Of a stretch of 20,000 nt of DNA, positions 1 through 9,018 are shown piece after piece; position 1 is the first letter of the stretch, and each line of letters opens with the position of its first letter. Origin of the DNA: Catajapyx aquilonaris (lineage: Eukaryota); NCBI GenBank assembly GCA_000934665.2, contig JYFJ02000399.1, positions 114,256-134,255 of the forward strand, given 5' to 3'. The translations under genes and the position numbers were made by a program. Below the pieces are notes generated by a model. The model was not told the DNA's origin. It made no database searches and was given only the letters and a program-made list of their open reading frames with translations.

Positions 1-133
1 ACACTTGGGAATTGTAAGATTTGTAATGATTATTAATAAATATTAATAAACTGGTTGACACCCAATTTTGGAGTGATGAATTAAATCCAAATTTTATGAC
101 ATCTGAAACTCCAACTACTGTACACACAACTAA

Positions 134-270
134 ACCCAAAGAACAATATGACGTCACGTTCAGCCCCGCCTCCATTGGCTCTTCCCTCCAATCATGCCCC
201 CGAATCGCTCTGAAAGCATTGCGCATGCTCAGAAAATACGGCTGGTGTGACGTCAAATCGTTCTTTGGCT
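134..270. mobile_element. Small MITE, PIF/Harbinger (Tourist)-like, ~137 bp
   Basis: ~30-bp imperfect terminal inverted repeats (acccaaagaacaatatgacgtcacgttcagcc / ggctggtgtgacgtcaaatcgttctttggct) flanked by TAA at 131-133 and 271-273. Superfamily inferred only from the TAA duplication. Confidence 0.65.
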
Positions 271-1475
271 TAAAGGACAAGTGTACATAAGTTATCAAAG
301 AGTCAGTACTCTCCTACTGCTAAAATCTCATCTGTCCAAAAAAATGTCTGCAATTCGTAGTGTCCAGAAATATTACGTGACACCTAACTTCTCCAGGTCA
401 CCGAGATTTGTCAGGATCCTTTTGTGCTTGAGACACATGCGACCAGAGCTTGATTTTCCTAAATAAAACGACGCACTTTTTGGTGGGCCATTTACAAGTT
501 AAACATCCTTCTACCATGCATCTCAAAGTCAGATGCGGATCGTTTCACCACAACCCACCACGACAATGCTTCCTGAGGGTGATGAACGGTGGACATACCA
601 CCGACTTATACGGGCCTCTTAAAGCCTATTTATGCGTCCCCTACTGCATATATGCCTTTTTGGGGCGTTATGCACTTCAAGCACACAGGACCACGTCCAT
701 ATTTTCTGGCTACATACTAAATCAGGCTGAATGGACCATTTCATCTTCGTTAGCATGCTCACCTTTGCGTGTAGAACAGCATTTTCCCATTTTTAGGTAC
801 TTAAAGAGTCGGCAAATGATATTAGGTTGGTATCATACAAACTAAATCTGCATCTGGGTGAGTACTAATGTGACATTTTGCGTCGCCTTACCTGGTAAAG
901 CAGATTTATGAAGGAACCGAACTGTTTCTTACATTATTACATGCAAAGCATGTTCGTTGGGTTGCATCATGCCAGGATGAAACAAATACCTCAGATTGTT
1001 GCAGCCAGTTTCAAACTAACACTGACAATAAAACTTTTTAGTATCACAGATGATTTTTGTTGGCCCAGCTCTGGAGAAACACCTACAATGCAAGTTCCCC
1101 CAAAAAAGGGAAAAAAAACAGCCTGGATAATCAGGAGGCGAACACTTGCCTTGAAGTCTGGAAGAGTTTTCCAGCATTCCCACAGCCCCCATACACAGGC
1201 GTAGGAAATGATCCGCCTAGTTTCCACCCATATTGCAGCTGCGGGAAAATTACTTCTCGTTTTTTTTTTTTGTTTCCACCTATAGATGGGAAAGAGAAGT
1301 CTTTCGCTTCCCCCAAAAAATAAAGCAGCTGGCACAAAAAGGCTTTTTTTTCCAGGGAGAGAATGGGATTAGGTTTTTGGGGGTCCAAATGAAACTGCGT
1401 ATCGAATTTGATGCAATTCTGTGCCAAAAAGCCTGTACATTTTTTTTTGGGGGGGGGTTCTCTTATTCGTTGCAG

Positions 1476-1626
1476 ATACAACGTGATATTCATGGTCTTC
1501 ACCTACTTTTTGCCGATTGGTGCTATGGGTTATGCCTATGCTCGTGTTGGAGTCGAGTTGTGGGGTAGCCAGAGTATCGGCGAGTGCACGCAAAGGCAGC
1601 TGGACAACATCCGTTCCAAAAGAAGG
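1476..1626 (+). CDS. TkR99D: Tachykinin-like peptide receptor (class A GPCR), internal exon encoding TM5 and ICL3
   Basis: Acceptor ttgcag (AG 1474-1475), donor gtgagt at 1627. One base plus 50 codons: YNVIFMVFTYFLPIGAMGYAYARVGVELWGSQSIGECTQRQLDNIRSKRR. The LWGS.IGECT.RQ..N.RSKRR motif matches insect TkR99D/DTKR as recalled. Confidence 0.95.
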
Positions 1627-2286
1627 GTGAGTCAATTTCTACATTTTTCGCAAAAAAATCAGAAGAGAACAAACACGGCAAAAATTAAGGAAATAATGCG
1701 TTTGTTATATTTTACTGCAATTTCATTCTTTAATGGATTCATTCATTGATTTTTACGTCATTATTTTTTATTATCAATCAAACTTTAATTTTTTGCTCAA
1801 TTTTATTCTAAATAATTTATGATGTTGCCGTTAACGACCCTTTAGTATGAAAATGTGATATTTCGCATACTTCTTACATTATAATGTAAATTACGTATTA
1901 TAATGTCGTAGCAGCTATTTGAAGTGTGTAGACTACTCCAAAATATAATTAGGAAACTTCGAAATTTATGCAGATTCCGCAGCTCACAAACTAATAATTG
2001 CATCCACCTATTTTGTAGTTTATTTTGAGCTCGCAAGCAGCACAATCGAGGTGATTCCGTCGCATACCTTTGTCGATTTTACGCCTCCCGCACGTGTCAT
2101 ATCTGTTGGATAGTAATCAGGGAAAAATACTGTGCACAATTGCACTGGGAATTCAGATAATTTGGCATTGTAACAATGTATGAATTCTGATTAGTTTCTA
2201 TAAATATTGGGGCTGTTTCTCATCTCGGTGTCAAATTTCATCGACACGTTTACAGTTCACAGTTTATTCCATGCTACATAACGACA

Positions 2287-2390
2287 TCTACAATATTAAA
2301 ATCATTCGCTGTGTAAACGAGACTTCCGACTGGCCTGCGCCTGCGCAATAGAGGGAGGGACCGCCTCTGGTGGATGGGAGGAGGAACTAG
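2287..2390 (+). mobile_element. Putative truncated non-autonomous Helitron (copy A)
   Basis: A|TCTACAATATTAAAATCAT start and CTAG|T end at 2387-2391. Shares ordered blocks with 11723-11916 (aatattaaaatcat; cttccgaYtg; ctgcgc..gcgcaat; cgcctctggtggRtggg). No clear 3' hairpin. Confidence 0.5.
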
Positions 2391-3801
2391 TCAATAGAAT
2401 AGTTTCAACATTTTCTTGTTCAATATTTTGCACGTGGTAAAGCGATCAGTCACTTCAGACGGAAGATATTGAACAGCATCCTGCAGCGAACAACATAGGC
2501 GCCTTTAAATGACGCATCTCCTCCTGTCGAGCCATCTTACTCCGGCTAATCCACCAAACTAACCAGAGAAAATGCAATTTCGTCGGACGTCTCCCGGAAA
2601 CTTATCTTCGAAAAAAAAAACACACTTTGAGCTCGTTCCTACATTACAACGTCGATGCGTATATCTTCCACGCACAAACAAACGCCAGACTTTCTTGAAA
2701 ATCCTTGTTGTCCAAACCGGAGGGCCAAAAAGCTCGAGTAAATGTGGAGTAATGAGTCTCCTAGCCCCATTTTCAAACAGGATGGGATTCCCAGGAAGCA
2801 TTTTGGAGGCTGTTCCGTGGGGATGAACGTGCCATTTCCGCTCAGGCTCCAGAATGCATGGCCCCTCACTTATTGGACATCACTCTGCGGCCTTCATCCA
2901 TTCTGGAGAAACCTTGCCCAAAACCGAGTCATTCTCATCCAACGCTCGACAATTTTTATTACTACCAGTCGACTCCTAGGAAAGTTCCACAAACTGTCCA
3001 CATGGTACCTTACTCATTTCATAGATGGCGCACCCTTTCTGCACACTCCTGCCACTCTCACGATATGCGAGTGGTTGTGGTACTATCATCTCGGACAAAC
3101 AATTGGAAAGAGAGCCTATTTTAGCTGGAAATAGAATCCAAACTTTGTTCAGACCTGCCTAGTAGCGAGTCCAGTGCAGTACCGGTAAAGCACGAACGGA
3201 AGAAATAGCATTAGAGCAATGCCCTTAACTGCTGCCCAGTACGTGCCTGTCTCATGTGGATTACTTAATCGATTGATCAGGAGCTCGCTTAATCGTGACC
3301 ACTTTTTTAGATGCTCGCAGTTGGACTTGAACGCTGAGAAATATTTGCTAGCGTACCTGCTTTTGACTATCACATTCAAAGGGATGAAAATATTAAGGTG
3401 CACAAAGTGAAAAAAATCTGTTATGTTCCCAAAAGCCTATTTAATTTTCAGGAAGACTTGTCACCACCTAACTTTACAGGTCGTTTTCAACGTTCCGCCC
3501 CCCGATATTATAGGCTTCACCGTTCGATCATTCTCATATCGGGCCGCATTTACCGACCCAAGGAGCGATTTTTACACGTGAGTTGCATCGGTGATTGGAA
3601 CCTGTCCCGACTTTCACCGCACTCCTTTCTCAGGACCATCTCTTCTTTTTTTATATCCAGACCACCATAAAACGTCAAGGGAAGGGTATATAGATGAGCC
3701 TTTGGACTCGCACACTAAAGAAGAAAATGAAGTCTGCTGGGAAATTTTCTCTAGGGTCCTGTACAGAGTACCGATATTTTTTTATTGTCTGGTTTTCTCA
3801 G

Positions 3802-3998
3802 GTAGTCAAGATGATGATGGTGGTGGTGACCATATTCGCAGTATGTTGGCTCCCTTTCCACGTCTACTTTATCATCACGTCTCAAATCCCGGAGATTGTC
3901 AACTACCAGCATATACAGGAAGTGTATCTGGCCATCTACTGGCTGGCCATGTCCAACTCCATGTACAACCCAATCATCTACTGCTGGATGAATTCCAG
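3802..3998 (+). CDS. TkR99D: Tachykinin-like peptide receptor exon encoding TM6, ECL3 and TM7
   Basis: Acceptor ttttctcag (AG 3800-3801), donor gtaaga at 3999, phase-0 join to the previous exon. VVKMMMVVVTIFAVCWLPFHVYF...YLAIYWLAMSNSMYNPIIYCWMNS contains CWxP and NPxxY plus the tachykinin-receptor-typical WLAMS.SMYNPIIYC. Confidence 0.97.
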
Positions 3999-6025
3999 GT
4001 AAGAATTCTGACTCACCCTGTACCCCCCCCCCCCCAAAAAAAAACCTGGGGATCAATCAATATTTCGAGTGTCGATCATCTTTTTCAATGGTGGACCCCG
4101 TTAGATAGGATGGATGTCAGTGATTGAAATCCTAGCATCACATAACCTTCTCAGTCCGATCAATGCTGTCAATGTCATGTTTGGTAGGTCAAATATAACC
4201 CGGCTTAAGATGTCTTTAGGATGACTCCTTAATGATGATGAGTCCTTACAGATCTGTGACATTCCTTTCCTACAAGACACGTCGTCGCCACTTCGTCGCG
4301 TAGTAAAGATCTTCCCTTTTCCCTACTTCAAAAATTACCAGAGTCGCAATTTGAACCCCCCAGAACTATGCTTTTAGATTGGCTTCAAATCATCACCATT
4401 GTTTGTCTCCTGAGATTCTCCTTTCCATCCAGTTTAAGTCGCCAGGGACACCCCTACCTTGTTACCCCCAACCAATGGAAAATCCGGGGGCCTTGAGGGA
4501 AATCAACATACTTGTAACAATTGCGACAGACGGACTTCCAAATGACGACGTCGCAAATTAAACATTGATCTAGTCCTCTCCCCATCGAGAGCTGCTGTAG
4601 GAGTGTTTGACAAAAAAAAAGACAAACAATTCATCCTGCTCTTGGAAGAGGAAGAACCAAGAACACACACACGCTGTATAGTACAAACTAGCAAGAGAGC
4701 AATGGTCTATCGATATTAATAACTCCACGGGTTTCTTCAAACATTAGCTTAACTGAAGACATCTTTGCATATCTTTGCACAGTCTTGTTTGCTTGCACTG
4801 ATCTGGAGCCCAGATTTTTTTTTTTTTTTGCCACAATTTTTTGAAACACTGCCGCCAATTTCAATCAACGCCATCCTTGTACTGTAATGCCCACGGGGTC
4901 TATATTTGCGCTCGCGGGAAAGGATAATATTGAATATCTATATGAGAAAAGTTTATGAAAACTTGTCGGTTCGAGTGCAAACACACTAGAAATGGGTGTC
5001 AACAGGTTGGGATAATAGTAGGCGTGACATTCAACTATTCCGCCAGCACTTTATTACGTCGCCATGAAAAGGCCAACGGACGTGACTTAATTCCAATATT
5101 TTGATGCCCTGAACTGACCTGTCCAATTTCCCAGTAATGAATTAAAAATAAGCAGCGTAATTTATGCGCTCACTTTACATTTTGACCGGATATCATACGC
5201 ACTAAAAATAACCTGCGAATAAAATTTCGCACTGCAGCCTTATTTTCACATAAAAATTTCAACCTGTGCGATGAGAATAGTGCAAATTCTGCTGGATTTT
5301 TAGCCGCTCAACTGCGCATTTTTAAAAATCATATTTTTTTTTACAAAACTCATAAGCTCAAAGGTAGAAACTGTAATTCAAACCACATTATGCGTCATAT
5401 ACCATACGTATATATTTATCGTTTTAATCCTACAGTGTTGCATTCCCTCGAGTCATGCTTAAAACCTTCAGCATTTTCACGAACATATCTTTGCAAAAGA
5501 TTGGATGTAACCTTTGATAAAAATTAATAATCCCACACAATGGATGAGTCCCCCTCATCAATATGGGAGCTTACATCTGTAATCTGACCGCATCCTCGGT
5601 TGATTACGAGCCAATATTATTCTTTGGTTGGCCCCAGTATACTTTTCCAACTCGATGGAAAAAACGGGTATCATAATCCTGTGTTTACAGTGCAGCTTGA
5701 TCAACATTCACCTTCACGTTTTTGCCTATATATTCGTGTCCGCATATGACACAATACTCCCTATAGTGCTCATTGTGTACTAATCGGTCATGAACATGTC
5801 GTTATCCAGTCCGTAAATGGGATTCCACGAGCCCATAAACATGTTTTAATACTGTCATTTAACGCTCCGCGGATTCGGATTTAGGGAGGGCTTAGGAGTT
5901 CTTACGACTCCCAGTGCATGATGCTGGTAATTGTAACGTGATTCCAGAAATGATTGTCTCTGTGCAGAAAAACTTAAAAGTTCCCAATAGATAATTTTGA
6001 CACCTATGGAGACTGTAGGCCTATA

Positions 6026-6234
6026 CATGGTGTTTCAAGTTCATGGGTCACTTCTTGATAACTGATATCGTCCGATAGTAGTTCTTTTTTGTAGCTTGTT
6101 GTCCCCCATTCTATAACTACTGCAATATTCGACCCCCAGTGGGGAACATGGATAGGGGCACAACAAGCTACAAAAAAACTACTATCGGGCGATATCAGTT
6201 ATCAAGAAGTGACCCACGAACTTGAAACACCATA
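6026..6234. mobile_element. Tc1/mariner-like fold-back MITE, ~209 bp
   Basis: ~83-bp inverted arms (catggtgtttcaagttc...gaacttgaaacaccat) with a few mismatches and a ~45-bp spacer. TA on both flanks (6024-6025, 6235-6236). Terminus resembles CAGGGTGTTTC-type Tc1/mariner ends. Confidence 0.8.
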
Positions 6235-6810
6235 TATGCTTTCTTAAAAAGCATGTCACAATAAGAAACTAAATGTCGATGTCGCTTTCTCCGTCTCCAA
6301 TATCCGTTTTGCTTGCACCATCACCTTTTGGAAAACATCTACCCCCCAAAAAGGGCAGGTAATTCCGTATGCAGATTGCTTCAAACTCCAAACCCTGCAG
6401 CATCCATATACACAACTGTATTTTGCTGATCGATATGGAGGCATATATACATGGTGCAAAGAGTGCAGCAGCTTGTAAACTGTCGGCACCAGTCAAAGTC
6501 ATGGCAATGCATTTTGAGCTTGTGCTTCGAAATTGCTAAGTGCAGGATTAGTACTGCGTGGAAGGTGTTATTTACGCCTTGTTATACCACCGTGTAGCGT
6601 CAAATGCAGGGGGTAAAGGGCAATTCTTAGACCCCAGGCATTTTCGTGGGAGGCATTAAGAGTTAGTTAGTAGAAGAAGAAAAATTATGATCCATATAAG
6701 GAGGAGCCGGATTAGTTTGGACGCAGTTATGAAACTTTAAATTAGCTGGCGTTATCCTGGCTTCGTATCATGCAGCACAAACTACAGTGGATCCTGGTTA
6801 TGTAGTCTAA

Positions 6811-6991
6811 AGGCCCATTCACACAGGCCGTCGACGGTTCTGGTCCTGGTTTTGGTTTTGGTTTTGGACCAATCAGAGCGGGCCCTCACGTAAACAACAC
6901 GTCATGGTTACCGTGAGGGCCCGCTCTGATTGGTCCAAAACCAAAACCAAAACCAAAACCAAAACCGTCGACGGCCTGTGTGAATGGGCTT
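6811..6991. mobile_element. PIF/Harbinger-like palindromic MITE, 181 bp
   Basis: TAA|AGGCCCATTCACAC...GTGTGAATGGGCTT|TAA. Nearly the whole element is a palindrome with a ~11-20 nt loop. Each arm has five GGTTTT/AAAACC hexamers (two degenerate on the left) and a CCAATCAG box. Confidence 0.85.
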
Positions 6992-7006
6992 TAAGTTCAC
7001 GTGGTA

Positions 7007-7289
7007 CAGTGTGGGCATTAATCGCGTCGTACTGCTAGAGACATTTTCCGCTGCGGCAGACGTGCAAATCGAAGTGATGGAGTGCGAGCCGTGTGAGTAA
7101 GAAATGGTAGCCCTTGGGTGACGTCACCGGCTGGGGACGAGCCTTTTTCTCCATTGCCCCACATCCGGTGACGTCATCTAAGGCCTACCTCTCCTGATTC
7201 GCACGGCTCGCACTCTATCACTTCGATTTCCATGTCTGCCGCATCGGAAAATGTCGCTAGCAGTATGACGCGATTAATGTCAAACACTG
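7007..7289. mobile_element. Tc1/mariner-like fold-back MITE, 283 bp
   Basis: TA|CAGTGT...ACACTG|TA termini. ~130-bp inverted arms, roughly 85% identical by eye, with a short spacer. TGACGTCA in both arms (7119-7126, 7169-7176). Confidence 0.85.
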
Positions 7290-7362
7290 TACGTTCCATA
7301 AAGAAACTTGAATATTCTTATCAGATTTTTTCTCACAATTAATTTTCTACTCAATGTTTCAG

Positions 7363-7511
7363 ATTCCGAAGAGGGTTTAAGACCGTGTTCCGATGGTGTC
7401 CGTGTATTAAAATGGACAGGGGTGAGCCTCTGGACCCTAGAGACACCATGGGCACAACCAGATATAGCTGCTCTGGATCTCCAGAGACGCAGTGTCGGAT
7501 CGTCCGAAATG
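7363..7511 (+). CDS. TkR99D: Tachykinin-like peptide receptor exon encoding helix 8 and proximal C-tail
   Basis: Acceptor tttcag (AG 7361-7362), donor gtaagc at 7512. The phase-2 join completes Arg (ag+a), giving NSR-FRRGFKTVFRWCPCIKMDRGEPLDPRDTMGTTRYSCSGSPETQCRIVRN. FR.GFK.VFRWC and RYSCSGSP match TkR99D as recalled. This frame is not in the ORF track. Confidence 0.95.
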
Positions 7512-8517
7512 GTAAGCACTATTTCATCTAATCTAATTAGGAAAGACACACACACACGAAAAATTGTCAACAGGAGCCAAATTGCTTATTATTGTTTTTT
7601 TGTAAAAATTTATGCTATTTTGGTCTCTCGGCTGAAAAACGTTCATGCACCACTTAACGTCCTGCGTGTGTGGACACATTACTTTGTGCCAGCAATCAAG
7701 GGCTTAAGTTCCTTCCGTCATCGGTGGCTTTCATCCCCAATTACCGAGGGATATCTAACCTGAGAGTGTTTTTCCGAGGGGAAAGCGTCGCAAAGCCTTT
7801 CAGAAGAGCCGACGCCACGATAACACCTCCAGGTCAGACCCTAAACAGCAACGGTACCAATAACACACTTATCATGCTGCCAGCTGGGCCCGTCCTTGGC
7901 TCTAATTCAACTCGACAACAAAACGCACGTTTTTTGTTTTTTTTTGAAACGTGTCCATGGTTTTGAATTCAGCTCCAGCCTCCGAATGTAATTTGGCGGG
8001 TTATCCAGTCGCAGTTCCCGGACACGTTATTGCACCCGGAATACATAAGCGGACATCATTTTGTGACGGTTTTTTTTCTAAAGGCTTGTATCTCTGTGCT
8101 GAAACCGGACACAGAAGCGTTTTTTGGAAAAGGAAATCTCGAGGGTAAACAGGACTTTTGCCCGTTTCTTTCAGTGGACGGAACTTGACTGATGGTGAGG
8201 AGAAAAAAATAGTGGTCGCATTTTCTGAATGGCCTGCAGTACTAAGACGGATTACAATGGATAGCAGGCGCTACAGGCCTGGCGATTAGGCCCGGTTGCT
8301 TTGTTGGAACCGATTGTGCTGTATTATTCGGTGGTGAGAGAATGGATAGGAGAAAGCGAGAGTACTGTACAGAAGCAATCAATCACTGAGCCGAAATTTT
8401 GTGGGGGGTCTACAATAGGACCAGTAGAAACATATGTACGAAAGACGCAGAATCATCCAATGCAATATAAAATACACAGTAAAATACAAAAATGCTTTTC
8501 TCGAAAAGCTGTCTTAA

Positions 8518-9018
8518 AGGGACACTCCACTCAAAATACAAGTTGATCTGTAAAAATCAGGCAAAAAATCCTGATTCCGGTGATACCATCCGTTTATGTC
8601 TGAGACGAACGGTAATGTCAGGGGAAGAGACGAAAGTCGGAAAAAATTCGAGGTCTGTTCGAGAGTGGCGCCACCTGGCCACCTGGCCAAGTTAGGCGAC
8701 GTTGGATAGAGCGCCGCCCTTCCCAACGGGCACTAGGGGAAGTTGGCTTCGGACACAACCAGATCCCCACGGATCCCCATACCCGCAGGCAACTTATCCA
8801 AGTCGCCGTTGGGAAGGCCGGCGCTACTATCCAACGTCGCCTAACTTGGCCAGGTGGCCAGGCGGAGCCACTCTCGAACAGACCTCGAATTTTTTCCGAC
8901 TTTCGTCTCTTCCCCTGACATTACCGTTCGTCTCAGAGATAAACGGATGGTATCACCGGAATCAGGATTTTTTACCTGATTTTTACAGATCAACTTGTAT
9001 TTTGAGTGGAGTGTCCCT
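8518..9018. mobile_element. Kolobok/T2-MITE-like non-autonomous palindromic DNA transposon, 501 bp
   Basis: TTAA|AGGGACACTCCACTCAAAA...TTTTGAGTGGAGTGTCCCT|TTAA. Arms ~8518-8745 and ~8790-9018 with about 4 mismatches in the outer ~190 bp; ~44-bp spacer. TTAA plus AGG ends fits Kolobok, whereas piggyBac ends begin CC. Confidence 0.9.

Noticed and set aside
908..1204. ORF containing FCWPSSGETPTMQ, loosely like a receptor ECL2
   Set aside because: No TM4 segment, no WPDG-type motif and no good phase-2 donor. The true upstream exon is probably outside the window.
3591..4127. 178-aa plus-strand ORF and antisense His-run ORF (3751-4056)
   Set aside because: Shadow frames of the TM6-TM7 exon; the His run is the complement of the atg/gtg codons.
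6836..6966. (GGTTTT)n as an interstitial telomere
   Set aside because: Not the arthropod TTAGG repeat, and symmetric within the MITE arms.
7308..7763. 151-aa ORF over the third exon
   Set aside because: Wrong frame. The receptor frame is fixed by splice phase and the FRRGF/RYSCSGSP motifs.
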